A stretch of 63,341 nt of DNA, filler included, from Octopus bimaculoides (Eukaryota): assembly GCF_001194135.2 (NCBI RefSeq). It is 6 parts of 5 records of this genome, joined end to end, with 100 filler letters (N's around TTAATTAATTAA, not from the genome) between each part and the next. Parts side by side here need not be neighbours in the genome. Positions count along the whole stretch, not along the records: positions 50,333 to 55,776 come from NC_068981.1; positions 55,877 to 61,384 come from NC_068988.1; positions 61,485 to 63,341 come from NC_069006.1; 3 more parts are not named here. One strand, 5' to 3'. This document shows, piece by piece, positions 51,568-63,113 of the stretch. Position numbers and translations under genes: made by a program. The notes beneath the pieces are model-generated. The model was not told where the DNA came from. It searched no databases and saw nothing but the letters and a program-made list of their open reading frames with translations. Numbering within the stretch: the first letter of the stretch is position 1; every line of letters begins with the position of its first letter.

Positions 51568-52649
51568 TTTTGAATAGAATTCACTTTCGATCGATTTAAT
51601 CGATTTGAATATATTTTATTTTCTACTTGAAAACTTGGTTATGAAACACGTCCTTTTATTATCCTTATTTTACGTCGTTTTAAAATCATTATTTTATGAT
51701 TTTTACTTTGTATTTTATTATACTTATTTATTATGCATTTACATATTAACTTTTTTCTATATGACTGTGGACTTTCATGGTTGGGTTCATGAACTTTGGT
51801 TCTTTTCTCTAAAATTATATATATATATATTTTATATTGTGAAACTTAATTTAATTTTAATTTTTGATAAATTGAATGTAATTTGAGTTTTTACCTGCAA
51901 ATTTGGATTTTTATCCCTAATATTATATATATACATTACATACATACATGTGTATGATTGTGTATAGACTATATTACTCAAAGAAATGCCGACTTCGTCT
52001 GATTTTCACGTTCTATTTACAATCTTATAATAATATGATATATTATAAGGAAATGATAGAAAATTAAATGTCCATTCTGTTTGAACTATTACTTTCATGC
52101 ATTAAACTATGCAGTCGTCAGATTCATATAGTAGAGGTGACAGTTATGGTTTACTATTTACAACCGTAATGAGATAGCTAAAATGTGTGCCTTAAATATA
52201 TTCGTATAGGCTCCGGAATGTTAAGTTTTGGAAACTGTACTCTGATCAATCAGTGTATGGCTTTACTAACTTAAGTTGATAGGTGTCACGATCTGTTGAA
52301 CATGTCAAGACACCTTATCCAAATCACTAATTGTTCGGTTATTTTTAGAAATGTTGTAAACAAAATTTCTATGAGTAGCTGTGGTAATAGAACTTTAAAC
52401 GATAAATATGACTATTTTTACTGACCTTTCTGTTGACTTAGCTAGTGTTTTCCTGCAATCATCATCATGAGAACCTGTAGTATTGTTGTTGTTGTTGTTG
52501 TTAGCGGTAGTGGTTGCAGCAGTAGAGATCGTACCTCTAAGTATCATTATTATCATTTATATAACTTGGGTTGAAATTTATTAATAACACTCTTTTGTCT
52601 TATTTTTCTCTCGGGTTCACTTCGGACAGTGAAATGTCTGGTCGACATC

Positions 52650-53101
52650 AGGGTCTCTAATTTGCTGTCGGTGCATACATTAACGTTCTTATAGTGCATT
52701 TCCAGTGTGACACATATACAGTTCTTCACAATTCGGGCATTTGATGCAGTAAATTTCTGCTTTTGCAGTTCACATTTGCGTTTGTGAATATTTTCCCGGC
52801 TTTTCTGTTCATATATTCACTGGTGTGTATGAATTGGGATGTGCCACATCGGCTATCACTACATTTAGTTACAGTGAATAGTTCGTCTTTGCTGCTGAGG
52901 TCAAATTTGCCTTTGTTAATAATTATTTCAAGTTTTTAGGTTGTCTTTTACTAAGAACCATGACTCGGTCTGTGATTATATCTTTTAATTCATTACATGG
53001 AGCAATGGTTCGTAGGTTTACTTTGGCATTGTTGAAGATATTTTGGTGACATGGGTTGTGTATCACTATAAATGGTATGAATTGTTCTTGTCTGCACCCC
53101 T
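52650..53101 (-). pseudogene. Penelope-like element C-terminal fragment (linker, Cys motif, GIY-YIG start)
   Basis: FIPFIVIHNP...LSKRQPKNLK*LLTKA/...KCSDSRCGTSQFI...NVNCKSRNL/.YCIKCPNCEELYMCHTG...HRQQIRDP. Confidence 0.8.
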
Positions 53102-53329
53102 NNNNNNNNNNNNNNNNNNNNNNNNNNNNNNNNNNNNNNNNNNNNNNNNNNNNNNNNNNNNNNNNNNNNNNNNNNNNNNNNNNNNNNNNNNNNNNNNNNN
53201 NNNNNNNNNNNNNNNNNNNNNNNNNNNNNNNNNNNNNNNNNNNNNNNNNNNNNNNNNNNNNNNNNNNNNNNNNNNNNNNNNNNNNNNNNNNNNNNNNNNN
53301 NNNNNNNNNNNNNNNNNNNNNNNNNNNNN

Positions 53330-53664
53330 GACTTATTCTTTAGAAGCCTAGTGCTTATTCTATTGGTCTCTTTTGCCGAACCGCTAAGTTACGGGGACAT
53401 AAACACACCAGCATCGGTTGTCAAGCGATGTTGGGGGGACAAACACAGACACACAAACACATACACACAAACACATACACACATTACATATATATATACA
53501 TATATACGACAGGCCTCTTTCAGTTTCCGTCTACCAAATCCACTCACAAGGCTTTGGTCGGCCCGAGGCTATAGTAGAAGACACTTGCCCAACATGCCAC
53601 GCAGTGGGACTGAACCCGGGACCATGTGGTTGGTAAGCAAGCTACTTACCACACAGCCACTCCT
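53330..53664 (-). mobile_element. Family A SINE, well preserved, with its 3' end in a gap
   Basis: Both modules surround a short CA/TA tract; the A box and B box (GGTTCAGTCCC) are intact on the minus strand. Confidence 0.92.
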
Positions 53665-54193
53665 AAACATTCGTATAAGCTATATTGACGAGGTGGAGAG
53701 TTAGAAAATATGACAATATGTATGTAAGTACGTATGTATGTATGTATGCATGTATGTATGTGTATATATGATTATATACATTAACTGATTCAGTAAATAT
53801 ACGTAAGAGTATGCAAACATCCAATATATTTCAATTTCGGTGATGGCTCTCGGCCCAGCTTCCGGCAATCCCTGCTTTTATTATACAGTTCAAACCTCTC
53901 ATGTGTTCATACATTAATAACTGAAAGTAAATTTGAGTTTGAATTGTTGTCTGTGAGCAAATCTGGAAAGAAAATTGTGATAAGACATTGTGCAGCCTAT
54001 GCTTGTGGGAATAAAAGAAGCAGAATAAAAGCAACCGGAGGATGTGAAAAAAGAATATGTGTGGGGGTTGATGGGAAGTGTGGAGACATAGTGTAGGAGA
54101 CAATTTAGGAAGAATTGAAAAAGTGAACAGAAACGTACACAGACACACATACATAACCACAAACACATATATATAGATATTGGTGTGTAAATT

Positions 54194-54228
<35 letters not shown>

Positions 54229-54384
54229 ATGTAATGCTCTATGTACATATAGATGTATATCTGTACATGTATATATGTATATGTATATAAATATATATAT
54301 ATTACCGACTGCATACAAGTTTGTACTTTGTGTTCATATTTCCCATAACATATAGCACCTTTGTGCCCACTACACACACACACA

Positions 54385-54431
<47 letters not shown>

Positions 54432-54959
54432 NNNNNNNNNNNNNNNNNNNNNNNNNNNNNNNNNNNNNNNNNNNNNNNNNNNNNNNNNNNNNNNNNNNNN
54501 NNNNNNNNNNNNNNNNNNNNNNNNNNNNNNNNNNNNNNNNNNNNNNNNNNNNNNNNNNNNNNNNNNNNNNNNNNNNNNNNNNNNNNNNNNNNNNNNNNNN
54601 NNNNNNNNNNNNNNNNNNNNNNNNNNNNNNNNNNNNNNNNNNNNNNNNNNNNNNNNNNNNNNNNNNNNNNNNNNNNNNNNNNNNNNNNNNNNNNNNNNNN
54701 NNNNNNNNNNNNNNNATATATATATATATAAATTTTAATAATAAGGGTAAAAAAGTGAATATTAATTTGATTAATATCAATTTAAACTAGTGGCCTAGCA
54801 TATTGAAAAATCTGAGGATTCAGAATGATTATATTACATACATATAAGAGGGATGACCACTAAATGGACTTCCAATATGCTAGATGTAGACCCATATAGT
54901 CTGACCACTAAGAAACGATTCTCAAGAAAAAATCAGTAAACGCCAGAACTTAAGCGAGC

Positions 54960-55550
54960 AAGATAAATAAAAAGATGGCGTGTATGTATGTGTGTGGTGT
55001 ATGTAAATATTTTGTTCGCGTGTGTGTGTAAGTACGTGTATGTATATGTGTGTATGTAAGTTTCTCTATGCGTGTGTGCGTGGAGTTGTGTGGGGTGTAT
55101 ATGTGCGTTCCTGCGTGTGCGTGCGTGTGCTTCATGCGTGTGTGCGTGAATGTATATGTGCGTGAATGTATGGGTGCGTTTATGTCTGTGTGTGCGTGGG
55201 GTTGTGTGGGTTAGGTATGTGTGCGTTTCTATGCTTGTGTATGTGTATGCATGTGCATGTGCGTTTGTGTACAGGTGTGCGTGCGCGCATGTATATGTAT
55301 ACCGTGTGTGTGCATGTTGTGTGTGTGGTGTGTGTGGCGTGTGTGGAGGGTATATGTGAGGCATATGTGCATGGATGTGGGTGTATGTGGGTATATGTGT
55401 CTATGTATGTGTGTGTGTGTGTGTGCATGTGTGTGCGGGTGTTTGTGCGTGTGTGCATATGTGCGTGTGTGCGTATGTTCGTGCGTGTATGTGTGTTTGT
55501 TGATGTACATATGTGTGTAAGTGCATGTATGTGCGTTGTATGTATGCGGA
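54960..55550. repeat. Degenerate (GT)n/(GTAT)n/(GC)-mixed microsatellite
   Basis: Directly visible; source of the many VCVC/HTHT ORFs. Confidence 0.9.
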
Positions 55551-56126
55551 AAGTTACATTGCAGAACAGTCATTTTAACGAGTTGCATTTATTTATCACC
55601 CGACGAGATACACCTGCACCACCGGATGCTCCTGAACCAGTTGTTTAATGTCCCGCCCATGCTGAATCGATGGTAGATGTATTGAAACAATCGTCGTGAT
55701 TAATAATGATCAATAATAAATTCTCGTATATTTTATCTGTCTTCATATGTCTTTCATTTGCTATATATATATATATNNNNNNNNNNNNNNNNNNNNNNNN
55801 NNNNNNNNNNNNNNNNNNNNTTAATTAATTAANNNNNNNNNNNNNNNNNNNNNNNNNNNNNNNNNNNNNNNNNNNNCGGCCTCGTTGAAAACCTTAGCCA
55901 TATTCGTTTTAAAGAATATGGCTAGGAACGAGGAAGATATGTTTGAATTTTTGGAAATAAGGCTCTAAATAGAGCTATTTCCGATTTGAAAAATATATGT
56001 TCACGAAGTATTTTGTGTTATACACAACTTATACAAAATTTTAAAACAAAATAGGTCTTTTAAGAGGTGAAAAATGCAACTTACATGGGAGCCGATGTGT
56101 CTACCGTCCGTCCATGATGTGGGTAG

Positions 56127-56189
<63 letters not shown>

Positions 56190-56706
56190 CAAACAGATAG
56201 ATAGATAGATAGATAGATAGATTCATTTGAATGAATTAGATACTTAATTGAGACACCTTGCTAATTCGGTATAGTCCGCACACCCCAACAATATTATTTG
56301 ACTATTGAATATCAAGATTCCGTGCAGGGGTATTCGTACCTAATATTCCAGTGGTGTATGTGCACAACGCAACCCACCTAAGTGAAGATATCTGCTCTTG
56401 GTAACTCAGTCATTTACTTTCTATAAAGGTATTTTCTGTAGTATTTCCGAAGTGCCGTTTCCAAGTTAGGTGAACAGAATATGAATAAGTAACAAAGATG
56501 TACAGTTGTCAATTCATTACGGCTGTATCAAGGGGATCTATTTAACTGATTATTGAAAACATTACATCAATTTGAAAATAAACCGCTCTGATCAGATGAC
56601 AGCATAGACTTCACACATAAAGGATAAAACATTTCAATTCTAATTTCCACCCCTAAAGTTTAAAATACTTATCTCCTTTGTTTTTTCATTACATCCATTT
56701 TTTTAA

Positions 56707-57023
56707 ACAGAAACTAATAACATCATTTACATCGGGTGCTCTGTAAATATGAAAAAGAAAAACGCTTGAATAACCATTTTTCGTCCTTTAGACTTAAGCA
56801 TAAAGCCAGTAGCACCTCATTATCTACGAAAATCTGGGAACTCAAAGATAGTAATAGTAAATTCAGCCTAAAATGGGATACAGTCTGTAGAGCTCAGCCA
56901 TACACAAATAGCTGATATAGATGTGAACTATGCTGTATGGAGATATATGAAATATTCAAATATAGAGATGAACAAAACCTAATTAATAATAAATTAGATC
57001 TTAGAGTATTATGTGTTCATAGG
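56707..57023 (+). pseudogene. Penelope-like GIY-YIG endonuclease fragment
   Basis: IIYIGCS...K/RLNNHFSSFRLKHKASSTSLSTKIWELKDSNSKFSLKWDTVCRAQPYTNS*YRCELCCMEIYEI...NLINNKLDLRVLCVHR, with one frameshift and one stop. Confidence 0.85.
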
Positions 57024-57214
57024 ATTACCCTACCTTTAAATACTTTAGAAGCAGGTGATAATAAGCATATCATACTGTGATTTGGTAGCACGAGTTATAC
57101 AGGGTGTAATATCATTCATAGCATACCCTATATTATCCCGGAATCTATGTAGTATTACTTTCTAATAACTCTTAACCCCTTTGATCTGTAATCTTTTAAT
57201 AATTATATTACATA

Positions 57215-57447
57215 CACAGTTGGCCAAAAATCACCTGCCAGTAATTCTAACCCATTTAATTCCAAGATTTATTTATGTTTAATATCTGAATGAATTTAAT
57301 AAAAGCTTCTAAATATGAAACATCATGAAAATTGTTCAAACTGAAGTCTTTTTTGAGAGACACATTTTTCCATTTGAGGCAATACAGAATTACAGATAGT
57401 ATTTATGGAATTTTGATTTACTGTCAGCTGACTTTTGGCCAACCCTG
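57215..57447. mobile_element. Tc1/mariner-type MITE (233 bp)
   Basis: TA|CACAGTTGGCCAAAAATCACCTG ... CAGCTGACTTTTGGCCAACCCTG|TA: 23-bp TIRs (4 mismatches) and a TA target duplication. Confidence 0.85.
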
Positions 57448-57539
57448 TATGTACCCCTTCAGTATTGGGATTCTTTTTCCTTATAGTTAGTATAACATAT
57501 AAATTTACAATGGATTTCTAAACCTTGCACATCCACTAA

Positions 57540-58620
57540 TTATAAGGTATACCCCACCACCTCAGGAACTGTGATTATTCTACCTAGATCAGTGTCTTTG
57601 ATATATTTTCGAAATATTTTACAAATCCATTTCCAAAGGTATCTTTTTTTTTTTTATCAATTAGTATTTGATACATATATTTTTTTTATATGGTATTATA
57701 ATAATAACAACATATCTAAGAATTCTTTTCAATACACCAATATAATTTATATCTTATTTTGATTTATCCTTATTTTTATCTGTTATACTTTTTATATCAT
57801 TCTGTTAGGAAATATTTTATAAATTTTTTACAAAAATGTGATATTTTTTACATTTTTTATATTTTATATTATTAAATTTCTATGTATCAATATACCCTCT
57901 TATACATTTGTGTAAATCCTATAGCTTATAAAGAGTTTATAATTTCTTTTCATGAAACTCACTCTATAATCTAATATTATATTTTATTTTTATAATTATA
58001 CATATTTCATAATTTTTTTATCTCTCTATGTGATATTTTTATACATTTTTATAGCCTTTCATATATTTTCCTAGTGTTTGTAATCTATAAATAATTTTTT
58101 ATAAGATCTTTTTATATAATTTACTGGATATGGGAATCCTTATTTTAGCATATTTTTTAATCATGCAATATTCATTAAAATTTACATGCCCAAGTCGGTT
58201 TAGGTGTTGCTTCCGAATGTACTCCTTATACGTTTAGTATATCTCTAATTTAATTACCTCTTATATTTAATACCATATTTTTCGATATTTTATACTTATC
58301 CACCCGTAAAGAAGCAAATAGTTCTTGTTATTGCTTTAAAATATACTATGTGCTTCTTCATTATAGAATGTATTTTATCATGACCTTCTTAACAATATGA
58401 TTAAGATAAGTCTTAATGTTTTTTTCTTATATATTAAAATATCTCATTATTAGGTTTTAAGTTTAAACTCTATCCTTATTCTACATATTGATTTAAATTT
58501 TCTCAATTTAATATAATAAATTTGCTAAGTTATATATTACTACCAACCGTATTCCTCAATTCTAATTTCTACATCTAAAGTTTAAATTACTTATCTCTTT
58601 TGGTTTTTCATTATATCCCC
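57540..58620 (-). pseudogene. Heavily decayed Penelope-like RT-thumb/linker fragment
   Basis: Across frames: LDVEIRI; YKKKT/.IKTYLNH/.GHDKIHS.MKKHIVYFKAITRTIC; K*GFPYPVNYIKRSY. These resemble the PLE FLDV, Y.K.T...YL....H...K..I......R.IC and NGYP..FI.R motifs. Confidence 0.45.
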
Positions 58621-58729
58621 CTTTATTTGATAATCTAAATAAGTATTGGCCTATCCTTCTTTCTTCCAGTTACCATTCCTTCCCCATCAGTCATTCTCTC
58701 ACTTCTCTGCGAAGTACCCTCTTATGTAG

Positions 58730-59089
58730 GGTATCTTTGATTTTAAGACGATCTGCAATTTTAAGAGCCATATTCTTCAGCATATCATTGGTTACTGTGT
58801 GAAAATTTGTTCTATTTTTCTGATTCCACTCTTAAAGTAGATCGTGGATAACTTTTGTAACATTCGAATTTACTAGATTCTTCTTTCCTTGGTGATCGCT
58901 TTCTTTTTTTGTTCGTATTTGGATTTGTTCTTTAGAATACTATTAATAACTCCTATTGGCATTTTGAATTTCTTCTTCAGTTCCTTTTGTGTTGCCAACG
59001 GGTTCTTTTTCTTGTGATTCAACACATTCAATTTTTATGAAATTGTATGTTTTTCTTTTGCTCTTTTTGCTGTTTACTTTGGCACACAT
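58730..59089 (-). pseudogene. CENP-B/pogo-type double helix-turn-helix fragment (Tigger-like transposase N-terminus)
   Basis: KRK/HTIS*KLNVLNHKKKNPLATQKELKKKFKMPIGVINSILKNK (CENP-B_N-like), then IHDLL*EWNQKNRTNFHTVTNDMLKNMALKIADRLKIKD (HTH_Tnp_Tc5-like). No DDE domain follows. Confidence 0.7.
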
Positions 59090-59922
59090 GGCTTTGGTTT
59101 ATACAAAATTATATTCAAATTTAGAGAAAATTCTGATCTTTTTTCAGTGCAATGCCCCGATTTTATAGAAAGAGGCCAGTATTTAATATTTAATTCGTTT
59201 TAAATATACAATGAACTCTTTCTGTCAAACTCTTTATCTTTACAAATACTTTATCTGCTATTTTTAGGATTACATCTCATGCGTTTGGTAACAGCTGAAT
59301 TGAATGCTGGATTTTCAAATAGTCGTAACTGGTTGTTTTTTACGCATATTTTGTAAAAATCGATCATGGATATTTTAAACATCTAAATCACATTTTTTAA
59401 AACAAATTATAGTCTAGCGTGCTCGTTCCTTATTTCATCGGTACATATCATTAGTGCCACCGGTAAATAAGACAATTATGCTTAAATATTTTTATCATTA
59501 TGAAAGAAGGTAATGTTAAAAATAACAACACAGATTTAACACAGAAGTCTTTTTTTATGTTCACCATCAATTGTTATAAGACAATTTAAAATCTTTTCTA
59601 CCATCATATTCTCTCTCTATATATATATATGTGTATGTGTGTGTGTGTATACATATATAGTTTTAGGGAAAAGAACCAAAGTTCATATATATATATATAA
59701 AATTTTTTGTCTCTGTCTGGTCTGTCTGTTTCTATATGCATTTTCAATCGGTTCGACTAAATCAAATCAAATTCTACAAGGTATGACTCCGCGAGTGTCA
59801 ACATGTAATTTTTATTTCCCTTTAGATTAAAACAATATAACATTTTATCTAAAATAATCTTTCTATTGTCAACTATAGTAAAGGATATTTTATACTACCA
59901 CCTCGTCACATTTTGTATGAGT

Positions 59923-59983
59923 GCTTTTCACCTAGTCGTGTAGGTTTTTCAAATTGAAAAACCTACACGACTAGGTGAAAAGC
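59923..59983. repeat. Perfect palindrome with 30-bp arms and a 1-nt spacer
   Basis: GCTTTTCACCTAGTCGTGTAGGTTTTTCAA-A-TTGAAAAACCTACACGACTAGGTGAAAAGC. Confidence 0.97.
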
Positions 59984-60103
59984 GCTTCATTTAATATGTG
60001 ACATTAATAAAAATCTGTAAATGTACAAACATCCAGGTTTCTGAGTACCTTAATTAATTTTTTTCTATATAATTTCTGTACATCACCTCCAAACCTTCAA
60101 ATA

Positions 60104-60167
<64 letters not shown>

Positions 60168-60850
60168 AAAAAAACTATATATACATATTTACAGATATAT
60201 TGTTGATTGGCCATTGACTGCTCATGAGTTCCTCCACCCTTTGACGGATCTTATCTTTCATATCGCAGGGTGTCCAGAAAACATCCTCCTCACAATGCAA
60301 GCCTGGTGTGGTTGCCAGTCTAGTCACCGACGACCTGACCATGCAACAGGTTGTACTGGATTGCATGTTACCAGTAGCACTTTTTCTCTCCCTGTCTCTT
60401 CCTCTTTCTCTCTCTCTCTCTCTCTCGTTCTCTTTTTCCTCTTCTCTCTCTGCTCTATACCACTTTTTCTTCCTCCCACTAGTGACATGTGACCCTTGGT
60501 TATCCATTTTTTTTTCTTTTTCTCTTTACCTTTCCTTTTCACGCCGACGGCAGAAGCAACTGGTTGTGTTTTCTTTAGTCTCCCACTTCAAACTGTTCCA
60601 CTGTCTGGTGTCCTATTTCTAATCCTTTAGGATTTTCGTCTTAGCGTTATCCATACTCTTGTTTTTGTCTGCCCCGGAAGCAGTATTCTCTTTATGTATT
60701 ACGCCTTTGTCCCTCGTCCGCCCACCAATGGTCTCATCTTGAATCACATTTGGTCATGTTCGTATGTCCAGTTCTGTATTATATTTTTATTCATTTTTGT
60801 TTGTTTGCAGTTTGTTTTTTGCATCTATTATGTTTTAACTTATATATATA

Positions 60851-61384
60851 TGTAAGGGACGACCGTGCGAACTCATAAAAGGAGAAATGGTGACGAATGG
60901 AAAAACAGAGGACTCCTTTTATTCAAACGAGTCACACGGTCGAACTCACAATATATATCAATGGATGATATACTTAATGTTATACGACGATAACATAGAT
61001 GACCAGTAATGAAAGACTACAACCGAAATAAGATGAATAACAGAGATATTTATTGTAGTGTTAAAGATGTATGTCTGTGTGAGAGTGTGAATGCGACATA
61101 TAAGAACATAATCAAAGACAGGCCGTCATACAAAGAAAAGTGTGTATGTGAGTGATACATGTGTGTATGTGAAATATTACAGCAGAGAAAGAGTCAATGA
61201 CACGTGAGCAATTATACCAGATCTTGGGTACACAATAAGAAAAGTTCTGTATGTGAAAGTGAGGGAGGCTGAGTTTGGCAGAGCTGATCACTAGTTGTGA
61301 TGTCGAGGCATCGATGCCTAGCCGTGATTCTTATACAGATGTTCGTCGCTGGCTGTGGTTCTCTTGTCTGTTTGTTTACTGTGG
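60851..61384 (-). mobile_element. Second solo-LTR-like copy, truncated by a scaffold join
   Basis: Begins TGTAAGG directly after (TA)n. It shares the terminal hairpin, the minus-strand AATAAA (61049-61054) and internal blocks with 48998-49810. Confidence 0.5.
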
Positions 61385-61484
61385 NNNNNNNNNNNNNNNN
61401 NNNNNNNNNNNNNNNNNNNNNNNNNNNNTTAATTAATTAANNNNNNNNNNNNNNNNNNNNNNNNNNNNNNNNNNNNNNNNNNNN

Positions 61485-61840
61485 ATTAGTTTATTTGCTT
61501 CCCAACCATATGGTCCCAGGTTCAGTCCCACTGCGTGGCACCTTGGGCAAGTGTCTTCTACTATAGCCTTGGGCCAACCAATGTCTTGAGTGGATTTGGT
61601 AGATGAAAACTGAAAGAAGCCCGTCATATATATATATATATATATCTTTGTCTCCCATCACTGCTTGACAACTAGTGTTGGTGTGTTTACATCCCTGTAA
61701 CTTAGCAGTTTGGCAAAAGCTACTGATAGAATAAGTACCAAGCTTAAAATAAAGTACTGGGGCTGACTCATTCGACTAAAAATTCCCCAGGGCAGTGCCC
61801 CAGCATGACCACAGTCTAATAACTGAAACGAATGAAAGAA
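61485..61840 (+). mobile_element. Family A SINE with its 5' end lost in the join
   Basis: AGGTTCAGTCCCACTGCGTGGCACCTTGGGCAAGTGTCTTCTACTATAGCC, internal (TA)n, and a 3' module to CCCCAGCATGACCACAGTC..ACTGAAAC. Confidence 0.9.
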
Positions 61841-62339
61841 TTATAGTAAAAGATGTAATTATGAATAATATTATAATACTTGGGTGTCTGGTCTTTGATG
61901 CTGATGGATTACAGTGAATCCTTCCCTGACGATGTGTGGAGTATGAGGTCCTTTACTTGGAAAATAAGGAAGGGTTAGCAACAGGAAAGGCATGCAGCTT
62001 TACTGCAACATCTTAGTAATGTGTATTCATCTAACTCATACTGGCACAGAAAAAAACAGATGTAAAAATGAGCAAACAAACATCCACTGTTACATATGTT
62101 TTTAGTGTTGTTGTAAAATTGCGTCCCCATGATGGGATTTTTGGCAGTTGGCATCAATAATGGTGCTGATTAATTTTGTTGTTATTTAGCAATTCAGAAA
62201 GACGATCTCTTTTCTATCACCTCCAAGCTCCACATCTCTCCCCTTTCATCACTCTTCTGTTCTTTCCGGTGGCCACATTGCCCTGGACAACTGGAGATAA
62301 TGCAGTATAGCAAAGACTCTTTAGACTTGTGCAGGACGA

Positions 62340-62600
62340 ATAACCTCTCTAGTGCTGGTGCCATGATAAAATGCATCCAGTTCATGCTTTAATAATCATC
62401 ATCATTTATCGTCCCTGTTTCATGCTGGAATGGCTTGGATGGTGTGACAAGTTCCAATGTGTCCAAGAAACCCATTGTGCTCCAGTGTTTACTTTAGCAG
62501 GGTTTTTACAGCTGGATGCCCTTCCCAGCACCAACTTACCAGAGTGTACCTGGTGTACTTTACATGCCACCAGCACTGGTGACGTTACCATGCAAATCAC
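62340..62600 (-). mobile_element. 3' part of another SINE/RTE-tailed repeat (family D)
   Basis: Minus strand: GGTGCTGGGAAGGGCATCCAGCTGTAAAAAC...CCATTCCAGCATGAAACAGGGACGATAAATGATGATGAT tail. A related motif GGTTAGCAACAGGAAAGGCAT occurs at ~61973-61993. Confidence 0.6.
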
Positions 62601-62823
62601 TAGATTACAAAACCTGAGGTGGTGGGACAGGGTTATATGCAAAGATATGAGGGGTTAAAGTATGATGGAATGGTAGGGCAAACAGGTTTTTGTTGTAGAG
62701 GAGCTACACTTTTGGTAAATGAATGGAAACTAAGAGGGCAGAAATGGCCCTTAAGTCTCGCCAAGGTCACACCAACTTCTCTGATGTTAGTCCCAAGATT
62801 AATTGCATCCAGTACCTTTATAT

Positions 62824-63113
62824 CAGTACTTCTCAACCATTTTCCCCTAAGGACCCCTTTGATTCTAATTTTACTTGGATAAATTCTCATAACCATTTGA
62901 TGTTTAAAACCCCCTATAATATTTTTCATAATTAAATATTATTAGAAACTATATAAAAACAAGTAAAATATTTTGTGTATTGTAGAAATAAAACCAATTT
63001 GTTGCTCATAAATTTTCACAACAAAACCTTACATGGACCCCTGAGGGTCATCTGGAGCCCTGAGGGTCATCTGGAGCCCTGAGGGTCTTCTGGAGCCCTG
63101 TTGAGAACCATGG
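62824..63113. mobile_element. hAT (Charlie-like) MITE with an internal 19-bp tandem expansion
   Basis: TIRs CAGTACTTCTCAAC / GTTGAGAACCATGG. 8-bp TSD CTTTATAT vs CTGTATAT (7/8). GGA(G/C)CCCTGAGGGTC(A/T)TCT units start at 63035, 63054, 63073 and 63092. Confidence 0.85.

Noticed and set aside
52085-52140. Minus-strand CTGACGA-c-TGCAT-loop-ATGCA-t-GAAA hammerhead-like match
   Set aside because: Stem II closes with a mismatch and no workable stem I can be formed. It is likely chance in AT-rich DNA.
54795-54883. 11-bp inverted repeat CTAGCATATTG/CAATATGCTAG
   Set aside because: Too short, with no TSD or further pairing. It is probably a remnant of a common repeat.
49949-57023. Idea that the + strand Penelope linker (49949-50175) and GIY-YIG (56707-57023) are one element
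   Set aside because: They are separated by two synthetic joins, and the expected intervening Cys-rich segment is not visible upstream of 56707.
60269-60349. Candidate exon after CTTTCATATCGCAG in a GC-richer patch
   Set aside because: Two frames are open but neither is recognisable, and the donor is poor (GTTGTA).
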